Source of the DNA: a candidate division FCPU426 bacterium
GTDB lineage: Bacteria; Oederibacteriota; JAAXVQ01; JAUVAV01
Assembly: GCA_040756875.1 (NCBI GenBank)
Contig: JBFLYH010000002.1
Span: 286,526 to 350,525, forward strand
Direction: 5' to 3'
Length of the DNA stretch: 64,000 bases
The position numbers and the translations under genes were made by a program. The notes beneath the pieces are model-generated. The model saw only the letters and a program-made list of their open reading frames with translations, searched no databases and had not been told where the DNA came from. Shown here one piece after another: positions 28,276 to 38,255 of this stretch (within the stretch, counting starts at the first letter, position 1; every line of letters starts with the position of its first letter).

Positions 28276-29771
28276 TCGGCTTCACCCCCCTCCCCGGCAG
28301 GCGCATCGGTACGGCTTTTTCGGGAAGTGCGTTTGGGCGGCGTCTCGGACGCCTCCGGTGTTGCGGGCTCCTCGCCTTTTGCTGCCGCCTGATCCAGATT
28401 GGCGAAAAGGTCGCCGGCGGCCATTTCCTTGGGTTTGGGGGCCGGGCCCTCATGGCCACCCAGGTTGGCGAACAATTCAGCGGCCGTGCGTTCGGCCGGA
28501 CGGCTCTCGGCCGGCTGGGGCAAATACGGCTGCAGACTGGACATGATTTTCTCGGCGGTCTTGGGCCCGATGCCCGGAATCTCGGTCAGTTTTTCGGCGG
28601 TCACGCCCAGAAACTTGGCCACGCTTTCATACCCGGCTTCGCGCAGCCGCTTGGCCAGGTTGTCGCTGATGCCCTCGATCTTCTCCAGGGCCGGCGCGGT
28701 TTTAAGGAACGCTTCCTCGGCGCGGCGGCGCATTTCTTCCTGGTTCTTGGAGAGCGGCGTAATGTCCACTTTCCAGCCAAGCAGTTTGGAAGCCAGGCGC
28801 ACGTTCTGGCCGTTCTTGCCGATGGCCAGGGCCAGCTGGTCGTCCTGCACGATCACCGTGGCCTGCTTGTGCTCCTCGGCCAGGAGCACCTGGGCGATCT
28901 TGGCCGGCTGCAGCGCCGAGGTCAGCAGGGTTTCCACGTTTTCGGAATAAGGGATGACGTCGATCTTTTCACCGTGCAGTTCGCGCACGATGGATTGGAT
29001 GCGGGAGCCTTTGATGCCCACGCAGGCGCCGACCGGATCCACGTTCTTGTCCTTGGAGGCCACGGCCACTTTGGAGCGGGCGCCCGCCTCCCGGGACACG
29101 GCCCGGATTTCCACCACCCCGTCCGCGACTTCCGGCACTTCCATTTCGAACAATTTGCGGATCAGTCCCGGATGCGAGCGGGACACCACCACCTGGGGCG
29201 TGCGGCTGGTGCGGCGGACGTCCAGGATAAAAACCTTGATGCGGTCCCCGGCCTTGTAGAATTCGCGGGGCACCTGCTCCCGCCCGGGCAGCAGGGCCTC
29301 CGTATCCCCGAGATCCACGACCAGATTGCGGTTTTCTTCGCGCAACACCACGCCGTTGAGCAGTTCGCCCTGGCGCTGTTTGAACTCCTCGAAAATGGCG
29401 TTGCGTTCCGATTCCCGCACCCGCTGCAGCATGACCTGCTTGGCGGTCTGGGCGGCAATGCGGCCGAATTCCGAAGGCATCATGCCCATTTCCACCATTT
29501 CGCCCATCTGGGCGTCCGGTTTGATCCGCCGGGCGTCCTCGAGGGTGATTTCATTCCACGGCTCGTGGACTTCTTCCACCACCAGTTTCTTTAAAAACGC
29601 CAGCAATTCGCCGGTATCGGAATTGAAGGCCACCCGGATGTCCTGGGCTGTCCCGTGGTTTTTACGGGATGCGGAGATCAGCGCCGCCTCAATGGCCTGG
29701 ATCACTACCTGTCGGTCCACCTTGCGCGACCGCTCGATTTGCCGCATGATCTCGATAAGCTGCAAATTCAT
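28272..29771 (-). CDS. nusA: Transcription factor NusA
   Basis: [13 protein letters not shown]1 and KH domains, [13 protein letters not shown]-terminal HhH. Confidence 0.97.
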   Translation of the reverse strand: MNLQLIEIMRQIERSRKVDRQVVIQAIEAALISASRKNHGTAQDIRVAFNSDTGELLAFLKKLVVEEVHEPWNEITLEDARRIKPDAQMGEMVEMGMMPSEFGRIAAQTAKQVMLQRVRESERNAIFEEFKQRQGELLNGVVLREENRNLVVDLGDTEALLPGREQVPREFYKAGDRIKVFILDVRRTSRTPQVVVSRSHPGLIRKLFEMEVPEVADGVVEIRAVSREAGARSKVAVASKDKNVDPVGACVGIKGSRIQSIVRELHGEKIDVIPYSENVETLLTSALQPAKIAQVLLAEEHKQATVIVQDDQLALAIGKNGQNVRLASKLLGWKVDITPLSKNQEEMRRRAEEAFLKTAPALEKIEGISDNLAKRLREAGYESVAKFLGVTAEKLTEIPGIGPKTAEKIMSSLQPYLPQPAESRPAERTAAELFANLGGHEGPAPKPKEMAAGDLFANLDQAAAKGEEPATPEASETPPKRTSRKSRTDAPAGEGGEAE

Positions 29772-29855
29772 GTTTTTCCCCTCTGTGAGGTTGACCCATC
29801 CGTTCGTTCAAGCTTATATTTAAAGGCTTTTCTTACTGCCGCTCTTTGCCTTCAG

Positions 29856-29892
29856 AAAAATAAAAAGAGTGGGCGAAAAGCTCCCACTCTTC
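29856..29892 (-). promoter_or_regulatory. rimP-leader-like hairpin/attenuator upstream of nusA
   Basis: Minus strand AAGAGTGGG-AGCTTTTCG-CCCACTCTT followed by a T-run. Confidence 0.7.
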
Positions 29893-29917
29893 CTTAAAAA
29901 GTGGTGGACTGGGTGCA

Positions 29918-29946
29918 AGCATAGGCCCCTGGGCATGTAAAGTCAA
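29918..29946 (-). promoter_or_regulatory. Sigma70 promoter of the nusA operon
   Basis: TTGACT-N17-TATGCT. Confidence 0.65.
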
Positions 29947-29947
29947 G

Positions 29948-30721
29948 TTAAAAATCAGCCAGACGCCCGGCTTGCGGCAAACGGCCCAGAATACGCAACA
30001 GGCCGTCTAATAGCGTCAGCGGATGGGGCGGACAGCCTGGCACATAGAGATCCACAGGCAGAATCTTGTCCACGCCGGCCAAGACTTGTTCCGATCCGGC
30101 GTATGGCCCTCCGGAGACGGCGCAGGCGCCGGAGGCAATAACGATTTTTGGTTCTGGTATGGCAGCATAGGTCTTTTCCAGGGCCAACCGCATATTCCGC
30201 GTAACCGGACCGGTTACTATCAGGCCGTCCGCATGCCTGGGCGAGGCAACAAATTGAATTCCAAACCGTCCCAAATCAAACCCGACTGTGGTCAGGACGT
30301 TCGCGTCAGTTTCGCAGGCATTGCACCCGCCGGCGCTAACCTGCCGCAGACGCAAAGCGCGTCCCAAAAGCCGGTGCAGCTTGTTGCCGAGGGACGAAGC
30401 AAGCTTCAAATCCGCTCCCGGACGGACCAACAAATCCCGGCGGTTGGACGCAGCCAGCCGGTAATCGCGGCTGAAAACCAGCGGGCCATCCTTGGCAGCC
30501 CAGGGGCAGTCTCCACAAAACAAACAGCGGCCCAGGTCCAGGTTCGGGGCACCGTCCTGCAGCTGCCAGGCTGCGGTCGGGCAGGATGAAAAATCCGCAG
30601 CCGCGGCCCCGGACTTGATCTCCGGACGCCCTCGAAACCGGTCCGAGAAAGCTCCGGCCCCCGGAGGGAACGGCTGGGTGCGATGGCCCGTTTTAAGGCG
30701 GGCTAATAAGGCTTTAAACAT
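29948..30721 (-). CDS. Ehr/Hyf small subunit (ferredoxin-like domain fused to NuoB/HyfI domain)
   Basis: CP...CLFCGDC; GGCNACE, SPRHADG, GACA, PGCPP. Confidence 0.88.
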   Translation of the reverse strand: MFKALLARLKTGHRTQPFPPGAGAFSDRFRGRPEIKSGAAAADFSSCPTAAWQLQDGAPNLDLGRCLFCGDCPWAAKDGPLVFSRDYRLAASNRRDLLVRPGADLKLASSLGNKLHRLLGRALRLRQVSAGGCNACETDANVLTTVGFDLGRFGIQFVASPRHADGLIVTGPVTRNMRLALEKTYAAIPEPKIVIASGACAVSGGPYAGSEQVLAGVDKILPVDLYVPGCPPHPLTLLDGLLRILGRLPQAGRLADF

Positions 30722-30751
30722 TTCCGGACTCCCTGCAAGTTCAGGACTTTT

Positions 30752-32212
30752 TTATAAATCATGCCCGCAATAGGACAGATTGAAGCTTTTATTGCACAGG
30801 GGAAAATCGCTGATTTCCCCGTTGCGCATGACCAAAGCCAAAGCCTGCCAGTTGTGAAAAGAGGGGTCTACGATTTTATAGGCCGCCAGGCCGCCGTGAC
30901 CGTCCGTCAGGGCCACATGGCAGATTTCCCCCCGCCAGCCCTCGACCAGCGCGGCAGCGGCTGAACTCGGCGCGAGCGGACCCACGTTCACCCTGATCCC
31001 ACCCTGGGGCAGGGAATGCAGCTGCTCCAGCACAAACCCGGCAGACCGCTGGATCTCCAGCCAGCGCACCATGGCCCGCGAAAACACGTCCCCGCCGTGG
31101 GCCAGGGCCAAGGGAATGTGCGCCAGGGCATAAAACCCAGAGGCAAAATCCTGCCGCACATCCCGCGCCAGGCCGCAGGCGCGCGCCGCGGGACCCACCA
31201 CTCCCAATTCGATGGCAGCTTTGCGGGAAAGCCGTCCGGCCTGTTCCCAGCGCGCCATCACCGAGGGCGACTTCCAGGCCAAATCCATGGCCAGGTGCAA
31301 TTCCGAGAGGATCGTTTGCAGCCTTTTCCGGATGCGGCCGGCCCGTTCAGGTTCGAGGTCAAAGGCCACGCCTCCGGGCCGGACCAAGCCGCGGCCGAAC
31401 CGGTTGCCGCACACTTCGGCCGTCAGGTTCAGCAAGTCGCCGCGCAGGCGTCCGCAATGCGCGGAGGTGGGAAGATAGCCCACATCCTGGGCCAGGGCGC
31501 CGAGATCTCCGGCGTGGTTGGCCATTCGTTCCAGTTCCAGGGCCACGGCGCGCAAGGCCAGGGCGCGCGGTGGAACCGCAGTCCGGGCCAGCGCCTCCAA
31601 AACGCCGGCGTAAGCCAGGGCGTGCCCGATGGAGGTGTCGCCGGCGGCGGTTTCCGCAATCGCAACGGCCAATTGCGGCGCCGCCGAACGCAGCGCCTGC
31701 TCTACGCCACGGTGTTGATAACCCAGGGCGATCTCGAGATGCAGCACTTTTTCCCCGGCGCATTGAAAACGGAAATGGCCGGGTTCGATCACGCCCGCAT
31801 GCACCGGTCCCACCGCCACTTCGTGGACTTCCTCGCCGAAGACGCGGAAAAACTCCCCGCCGCCCGGCGTCTCGGCACGGAGGGCTCTGAGGGGTTTCAA
31901 CCAGGGGTGCCCGATCGGACGGAAGGCGGAAGACTCCGCCAATTCCCGCTCAAAGGCGTGCGCCTGCGGGCAGACCGGCGTCAGGCTGTCCAAGCCGCCT
32001 TCCGCGGCCAGGCCCAGCCAGGTCAGCGTCCCGGCCTGGTCGTCGGCCAGGACCGCGCAGTACTCCTGGTCCGAAACCGAAAACCAGGCGGCCAAGCGCC
32101 GGCCTTTGGCGAGGGCTGTAATCACCGCGGTGCGGAATGCTTCCGGGCCGAGCGGGGGTATGCGGGTGCGGCTCAGGGCTTCTTCGTTGCGTGTTACGGC
32201 TGCGGCTTTCAC
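30752..32212 (-). CDS. Ehr/HyfG-like large subunit (NuoC/D-like) without NiFe ligands
   Basis: VGPVHAGVIEPGHFRF, LGYQHRG, EGWRGE, DFPLCNKSFNLSYCGHDL. Confidence 0.88.
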   Translation of the reverse strand: MKAAAVTRNEEALSRTRIPPLGPEAFRTAVITALAKGRRLAAWFSVSDQEYCAVLADDQAGTLTWLGLAAEGGLDSLTPVCPQAHAFERELAESSAFRPIGHPWLKPLRALRAETPGGGEFFRVFGEEVHEVAVGPVHAGVIEPGHFRFQCAGEKVLHLEIALGYQHRGVEQALRSAAPQLAVAIAETAAGDTSIGHALAYAGVLEALARTAVPPRALALRAVALELERMANHAGDLGALAQDVGYLPTSAHCGRLRGDLLNLTAEVCGNRFGRGLVRPGGVAFDLEPERAGRIRKRLQTILSELHLAMDLAWKSPSVMARWEQAGRLSRKAAIELGVVGPAARACGLARDVRQDFASGFYALAHIPLALAHGGDVFSRAMVRWLEIQRSAGFVLEQLHSLPQGGIRVNVGPLAPSSAAAALVEGWRGEICHVALTDGHGGLAAYKIVDPSFHNWQALALVMRNGEISDFPLCNKSFNLSYCGHDL

Positions 32213-33654
32213 CGGGCGCCCCCCAGCAGAACGGCGGCTTGTTCCAACGCAATCCGCACAAATGAAGGAAGATACACGCCGAGCAGCAGGATCCCCGCGC
32301 CCAGCAAGGCCGGCGGCAACACGGCCCACAGGCGTTCGCGCAGCGGCTCTTTCCAGCCGGCCGGAAGCGCCCCTTGGACCATGCGCACCACGCTGGAAGC
32401 CATGCCGATCACTACGGCCAGCAAAAACAGAAGATAAAGCGAGGCCGCCAGCCAGGCGCCGTGGTTAAGCGCGGCTTTCAGTACGAGCCATTCGCTCCAA
32501 AAAAGTCCGAACGGCGGAAACCCGGCCAGCGCTAAAAATCCAGCCATCCACATGGGCCCGGAAACCGGCAGCAGGCGCCCGGCTCCCCGCACATCCGCAA
32601 TGGCTTTGGTGCCGTATGCCGCCAGCACATTTCCGGCCAGGAGAAACATCATGGCCTTGGCCAAGGAATGGTTGACCGCATGCAGCAGCGATGCATAAAT
32701 GCCGGCGCCGCCGATGCCCAATCCCAGCGCCAGCACGCCCATGTGTTCGATCGAAGAGTACGCCAGCATGCGCTTGAAGTCGGTTTGTCCCAGGATAAAG
32801 ACCGCGGCCACCAGCATGGAAAACAGGCCCAACGCGACCAGCGTATACTGCGCGAAGGCGCCCTGCCCTGCCGCGGCGCATACTTCCCGCGCGCGCGCAA
32901 TGCCGAGAAAAGCGCACGAAAGCAGGGCGCCGGAGAGCAGGGCCGACACCGGCGAAGGCGCTTCGCTGTGCGCATCCGGCAGCCAGGCATGCATGGGCGC
33001 CAGGCCCATCTTGGTGCCGTAGCCAACCAGCAGGAGAATCCAGGCGCCTTTCAGCCAGGGCGCGTGCAAGGACCGGGCGGACGCGGCCAACTCCTGCACG
33101 GTCAGTCCTGACCCGCTGCCGCCTGCCGCCATGGCCAGAAAATAAGTCCCCAACAGGGCCAGGGCAATGCCAACCGAACACAGCAACAGGTATTTCCAGG
33201 TGGCCTCCAGCGAGCGGTCGCTGCGGTGGAAATAGATCAGCGGCGCGCTGGAAAGCGTCGTGGCTTCGACCGCCGCCCATAACAGGACCAAGTGCTGGCT
33301 CAAAACCACCCAGGTCATGGCGCCGAGAAAAAACAACAGACAGGATGCAAAAGCCGGCAGGGCAAACGATTCATGTTTGGCGTCCGCCTGCCGTTCAGGC
33401 CTCAGGTAACCATATGTATACAAGCTGGCTATAAAAAACAGCAGGCTGATGACGCCGAGCAGGACTTTTCCGGCCGCATCCAGCGCGAGCCAGCCGTTCC
33501 AGACGGGGGCGGGCGCGGCAGCCATTGCCGCGGCGGCCAGCAGCAACTGGCCGAGGCCGGCGGCCACCAGCCAGACACGAATCAAGACCGGCCGGCGCAG
33601 TAGCAGTGCCAGCGCTCCGGCCGCGGGTGCGAACAGCGCCAAGGCCCAGATCAC
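32209..33654 (-). CDS. HyfF-like antiporter membrane subunit
   Basis: WAAVEATT, EATWKY, GTKMGLAPMHAWLPDAHSEAP, KRMLAYSS. Confidence 0.88.
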   Translation of the reverse strand: MIWALALFAPAAGALALLLRRPVLIRVWLVAAGLGQLLLAAAAMAAAPAPVWNGWLALDAAGKVLLGVISLLFFIASLYTYGYLRPERQADAKHESFALPAFASCLLFFLGAMTWVVLSQHLVLLWAAVEATTLSSAPLIYFHRSDRSLEATWKYLLLCSVGIALALLGTYFLAMAAGGSGSGLTVQELAASARSLHAPWLKGAWILLLVGYGTKMGLAPMHAWLPDAHSEAPSPVSALLSGALLSCAFLGIARAREVCAAAGQGAFAQYTLVALGLFSMLVAAVFILGQTDFKRMLAYSSIEHMGVLALGLGIGGAGIYASLLHAVNHSLAKAMMFLLAGNVLAAYGTKAIADVRGAGRLLPVSGPMWMAGFLALAGFPPFGLFWSEWLVLKAALNHGAWLAASLYLLFLLAVVIGMASSVVRMVQGALPAGWKEPLRERLWAVLPPALLGAGILLLGVYLPSFVRIALEQAAVLLGGAR

Positions 33655-34358
33655 GGGCGCGCCTCCGGTGCGATGCGGGCGCCCGGCCGGTTCTCTTCCC
33701 GCCGCCAATCGCGCAGAAAGTTCATGCGGTTGGTGTCGATATGGTCAAATTTCCGGTGGATGTGAAAAATAGCGATGCCCATGATGAAGACCGCAGCCAG
33801 CACATCCAGCAGCACCGCCAGTTCCAGCAGCCGCGGGGCTTCCGGGACCAGCAGGGTGCCAAAAGCAAAAACACCGTTTTCCAGGACCAAATAGCCGATG
33901 GTTTGGGTCAGGGCTTTGAGGCGGGTGGTGATCAGAAAAAAACCGGTCAGGACCAAGAAGAAGGACGCAGGCAGCGGCAGACCGGCGGGTGCGCCCGGCC
34001 AGGCGGCCATGCTGCGGCTGGCGAAAACACAAGCTGCCAGCAGCACGATCCCGATCCAGATCGAAAGACCGAACCCCACGAACGGCTCGACTTCGTGCCT
34101 GACCTCAGCCTGACGCATGGCCCGCAGCAACAGCCAGGGAAAAACCACCGCTTTGAGCAGGATCGCCGCGCCTGACATAATCCAGGCCGAAGGATGCGCG
34201 CCGGCCGCTCCGGCAAAAACCGGCAGCAACCCCAATCCCAGGCCCTGGACCGCGACCACCCGGATGCCAAAAGCCAGGCGGCTGGCGCCGAAGAGCGCCA
34301 AACCGCTGAGAATGAGCAGTACGGACAAAAGATTGGCCACCTCGGGCTGCCAACTCAT
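33651..34358 (-). CDS. HyfE-like membrane subunit
   Basis: LKAVVFP, GYLVLENG, ELAVLLD. Confidence 0.85.
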   Translation of the reverse strand: MSWQPEVANLLSVLLILSGLALFGASRLAFGIRVVAVQGLGLGLLPVFAGAAGAHPSAWIMSGAAILLKAVVFPWLLLRAMRQAEVRHEVEPFVGFGLSIWIGIVLLAACVFASRSMAAWPGAPAGLPLPASFFLVLTGFFLITTRLKALTQTIGYLVLENGVFAFGTLLVPEAPRLLELAVLLDVLAAVFIMGIAIFHIHRKFDHIDTNRMNFLRDWRREENRPGARIAPEARP

Positions 34359-35263
34359 CGCAGCACCCATACCAAGGCGATCACCGTCAACGCGCCTGCG
34401 CCCGCGAGCAGGCGAGGCAGGCTGGGAAGGCGCCAACGGGCCATGGTCGATTCGACCAAACCCACCGCCACGGCCACAGCCGCCATGCCTGCCAACGAGG
34501 CGGCGATCCACAGCCATGCCGGACCCCGGTCAACGGGCACGAACAAACCTACGAGCAGGGCCGAAAAAACTGAAAATTTCACCGCGCTTCCGGCGACGAC
34601 CAGAGCCAGATCCGGCCCGGCCACATCCAGGATCATGGCTTCATGGATCATCGTCAGTTCCAGATGCGTGTTCGGGTCATCCACGGGCAGGCGCGCGTTC
34701 TCCACGGCCAGCACAACGGCCCAGGCCAGGGCCACCAGGCACACCGCGACATCCGGCCAGCCGGCCGCCCCTCCCAGCAGGCCGCTCAATGACCACTGCC
34801 CCTGGCGCAAAGCCAGCACGGCAAGACCTAAAAACAGCACGGGTTCAGCCAGGGCTGAAAGCCAGGCTTCACGGCTGGCACCCAGCCCCGCGAAAGCCGA
34901 GCCGGTATCCAGGGCGCCCAGCACCAACCCGAAACGCGCCAAAGCCAGCAGATACAGCATGAGCACCGCATCTCCAGGAAAAGCGGCCAGCGCCCGCTGG
35001 CCTGCCCAGGGCACGAACGTGCTGGCCAGGAGCACGGCCGCCAGGCTCCAGGCAGTGGCCGCGCGCAGCACCCAGCTGGTGGTGCGGCTGTAGACGGTTC
35101 GTTTGCCCCACAGCTTTGCCAGGTCATAATAGGCTTGCAATAGCGGCATGCCCTGCCTCCCGCCGAAAAACGCCTTGACGCGGTTTATCAGGCCCAGCCA
35201 CAGGGGCGCCAGCAGCAAGGCCGCTCCCCAGGCCAGTCCGGACAGCCCAAGTTTGGCGTCCAT
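34355..35263 (-). CDS. HyfC/NuoH-like membrane subunit
   Basis: GRQGMPLLQAYYDLAKL, GASRE, ENARLPVDDPNTHLELTMIHE. Confidence 0.88.
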   Translation of the reverse strand: MDAKLGLSGLAWGAALLLAPLWLGLINRVKAFFGGRQGMPLLQAYYDLAKLWGKRTVYSRTTSWVLRAATAWSLAAVLLASTFVPWAGQRALAAFPGDAVLMLYLLALARFGLVLGALDTGSAFAGLGASREAWLSALAEPVLFLGLAVLALRQGQWSLSGLLGGAAGWPDVAVCLVALAWAVVLAVENARLPVDDPNTHLELTMIHEAMILDVAGPDLALVVAGSAVKFSVFSALLVGLFVPVDRGPAWLWIAASLAGMAAVAVAVGLVESTMARWRLPSLPRLLAGAGALTVIALVWVLR

Positions 35264-37245
35264 CACAACCACCCCCAGAGAACGAGCAGAATCAGCGCCG
35301 CGGCGATGTACAGCACGTAGAGTTGGATGCGGCCCTGCTGCAGCCAGCGCAACCACGCCAAACCGGCGGCTGCGCCCCGGAACAGCGGTTCCAGCAGCTG
35401 GCGTTGAAACAGATCGGACACCCGCGTCTGCCAGCTGGCCTGCTGGGGAAAATGCCCCGCCGGCAGCTGGGCCTCGACCTGCGGCCTGAGCCACACGCTC
35501 AACGAGCGCGCCAGCGGCTGGCTGAAAGAGGCGGCGGTATACTGCATGCGCGCCGTCGGCGCCTCGTATCCGCAATCCCAGGTTGGACCGTACGCGGCTT
35601 CGCCTCGCAGCCTGCGGTTGCGCAACCCGGCGAGCAGACCGGCCAAGACCAACAGCGCCGCACCGGCGGCGGTCAGATACCGCAGCCAGCCCGCGGTTTG
35701 ACGCAGCGCGGCCAGCGCTTCCGGATGCTGTTGGCCGGCTATCGCGATCGCCACCGGTTGCAGTTTCAGGCACAACCAGGGCCCAAGCAAACCGGCAGCC
35801 AGGCAGGCGGCGGCCAGCGCCGCCATGGGCGCCAGCAGGGGCCAGGTTGTTTCGCGGGCATTGCCCGCTTCCGGCGTCCGGGCTTCGCCCAAAAATAATG
35901 CGCCAAAAGCTTTGGCCATGGCAGCCAGCGCCAAACCGCCCATGGCAGCCAGTCCCGCCAGGGCGGCGATAGCCCACAGGTTCCAATGGATGGGTACTTG
36001 GGTAATGCCCATGAAAGCGGCGGAGTACACCACCCACTCGCCCACAAAACCGCCGAACGGCGGCAACCCGCCGGCCGCAGCCGCGCCTATAAAAAAGAAC
36101 ACACCCGTGGCCGGCATGCGTTTAATCAGCCCGCCGCCCATGTTCAAATTGCGCGAGCCCATACCCCGGGCCGCAGCACCGGCGCTGAAAAAAAGCAAAG
36201 CTTTGAACCCCGCGTGATTGAGCACGTGCAGCACCAGACCCATGGCCCCCACAGCCGTTAGCGCCGGAATCAGCCAGGCACGACCCAGCAAGACCAAGCC
36301 CAGTCCCAGCGCAATGATGCCGACGTTCTCCACGCTGGAATAGGCCAACAGACGCTTCAGGTCATGCTGGGCCAAGGCAAAGGCGGCACCGAACACGCCG
36401 GAAACAATTCCCAAGCCGATCAGCACGCCGCCCCACCACGGCGGCACGACGTCAAAAAACGTCAAAATGCGGAGTAAGCCGTAAATGCCAAGCTTGATCA
36501 TGACGGCCGACATCAGGGCCGAAACATGGCTGGGCGCAGCCGGGTGCGCCTCGGGCAGCCAGACGTGCAGCGGCACCAAGCCGGCTTTAAGCCCGAACCC
36601 GGCCAGGGCCAGCAGAAACAGCCAGCTGTAGGCAACCGGCAGTTTGCCGGCCAGCCGGGCGAATTCATACCCGCCGCCCGTCCGGCCAACCAGGGCGAAG
36701 AATGCCAGCAGACAAAACACGCCGATGTGGGAGGCAATCAGATACAGCCATCCGGCCCGCCGGACGTTTTCATCTTCATGGCTTTGCACCACTAAAAAAT
36801 ACGAAGACAGGGTCATGAGTTCCCAAGCCACGATAAACAGCAAGGCGTTGCGCGCCAAAAGCACGGCGGCCATACTGGCCACGAGCAGATTGAAAAAAAA
36901 CCAATGGCTGCCTATGCGTGCCCCGTGTTTCTCGGGCCGCAGATAACCCCAGCCAAAGAGCGCAGCACAACCTGAAACGCCAAAGAGCACGGACAGGAAA
37001 AAACCGGACAAGGGATCAATCCCCAAGGACAGAGCGGCATCGGGCATGGCCCACGGCAGGTCGCATTGAAAAACCCGTTCCGGCTGCAGAGCGGGCAGCG
37101 AGGCTGCCAGCCCCAGCCCCGCAGACAGGCAAGCGCTGCCGCTGCCCGCGCTTGCCGCCCAGGCCGGGCGGTGGCGCAACAGCCAAGCCAGGCTTCCCCC
37201 GGCCAGCAGCGCTCCCAAGGCCAACGTCCAGGCGACGGCAGTCAT
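35263..37245 (-). CDS. HyfB-like antiporter membrane subunit
   Basis: WELMTLSSY, KAGLVPLHVWLPEAHPAAPSHVSALMS, TWDCGY. Confidence 0.88.
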   Translation of the reverse strand: MTAVAWTLALGALLAGGSLAWLLRHRPAWAASAGSGSACLSAGLGLAASLPALQPERVFQCDLPWAMPDAALSLGIDPLSGFFLSVLFGVSGCAALFGWGYLRPEKHGARIGSHWFFFNLLVASMAAVLLARNALLFIVAWELMTLSSYFLVVQSHEDENVRRAGWLYLIASHIGVFCLLAFFALVGRTGGGYEFARLAGKLPVAYSWLFLLALAGFGLKAGLVPLHVWLPEAHPAAPSHVSALMSAVMIKLGIYGLLRILTFFDVVPPWWGGVLIGLGIVSGVFGAAFALAQHDLKRLLAYSSVENVGIIALGLGLVLLGRAWLIPALTAVGAMGLVLHVLNHAGFKALLFFSAGAAARGMGSRNLNMGGGLIKRMPATGVFFFIGAAAAGGLPPFGGFVGEWVVYSAAFMGITQVPIHWNLWAIAALAGLAAMGGLALAAMAKAFGALFLGEARTPEAGNARETTWPLLAPMAALAAACLAAGLLGPWLCLKLQPVAIAIAGQQHPEALAALRQTAGWLRYLTAAGAALLVLAGLLAGLRNRRLRGEAAYGPTWDCGYEAPTARMQYTAASFSQPLARSLSVWLRPQVEAQLPAGHFPQQASWQTRVSDLFQRQLLEPLFRGAAAGLAWLRWLQQGRIQLYVLYIAAALILLVLWGWL

Positions 37246-37943
37246 GCTTCCGCCTCATTCCCGGCTTCCTGGTCCGACAGCGTCTTCTCGGCGACCGCAA
37301 CCGCGGCGATGATTTTCTCGCGCGTCGCCTGCTCTTTAAGCAGGGCTTTAAGCCCGGGATCGCGGAGCACGAACCCCAAACGGGAAAGCATGTGCAAATG
37401 CGCCCGCACCGTGGGGCTGACCAACGCGAACAGCGCGTGCACGGGCTGGCCGTCCAGCGCGCCAAACGGAACCGGATTTTCCAAAAAGCCCAGGGTAATG
37501 GCCGGTTGCTCAACGTGCAGTACGACCGGATTGCGGACATGCGGAAGCGCGATGCCTTCGCCGATGGCCGTCGATCCCAAATCCTCGCGCGCCTGCATGA
37601 CTTGCAGCAAGAATTTACGGTCCACTGCCTCGGGCAGCCGCATCTGTTCGACCAAGGCGGCCAGGACCTCGTCTTTGGTGTTCCCGCCTAAACGATAGTA
37701 AATGCCGCCGGCTTGCAGTGCTTCCGCCAGGGTCGGCAATTGCGCTTCTGGTATCGGTTCCGTGAATATTTCCGGAGAGACGTTCAAGCGGCGGGCAGTG
37801 GCCCATTCCAGTAATTCAACGCGGTTGAACCGGTATTGATCGTGGACACGAAATGCAGGCAGTTTCCCATCCCCGATCCAACGATAGATCGTTTTTTCCG
37901 AAACCTGTAAAAGCTTGGCCGCATCGCGCACAGAAAGATCCAT
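37242..37943 (-). CDS. Excisionase-type HTH fused to a PTS EIIA (Ntr/Fru-type) domain
   Basis: LSVRDAAKLLQVSEKTIYRW...; RE..GSTAIGEGIALPH; ATGA overlap with the hyfB-like gene. Confidence 0.88.
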   Translation of the reverse strand: MDLSVRDAAKLLQVSEKTIYRWIGDGKLPAFRVHDQYRFNRVELLEWATARRLNVSPEIFTEPIPEAQLPTLAEALQAGGIYYRLGGNTKDEVLAALVEQMRLPEAVDRKFLLQVMQAREDLGSTAIGEGIALPHVRNPVVLHVEQPAITLGFLENPVPFGALDGQPVHALFALVSPTVRAHLHMLSRLGFVLRDPGLKALLKEQATREKIIAAVAVAEKTLSDQEAGNEAEA

Positions 37944-38255
37944 GAAAACCTCGAAAAAGCGTTTTTCTCAAACCCGGACATTCTCTTTCTTTTGTCCATA
38001 AATGTCAATCCCTCCGCTAGAATCCCAGGTCTTCAGTTCCCAAAGGGACCACTGGCCTGGGCGAGGTTTGCGGGATGTATTGGCTGAGTGGTGAAGCCCT
38101 GCCAACCACAGGGAAATAATAACCCAGAGGGCCGCTCCCCTTGCGCTCAGGCTCCTTCCTATATATCCTGTATATCCTGATTCTGAATTCCTCTTGGCAG
38201 TGCGCCAAGAGGTGTGAGATGATGTGCCTCATTAGAGCATGCGCACGGAGTGAAA

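Noticed and set aside
30752-32212. Functional [NiFe] hydrogenase-4
   Set aside because: Both CxxC metal-binding motifs are missing.
38010-38245. tRNA or riboswitch in the regulator-murB spacer
   Set aside because: No cloverleaf, T-loop or recognisable aptamer consensus; only short ATATCCTG repeats.
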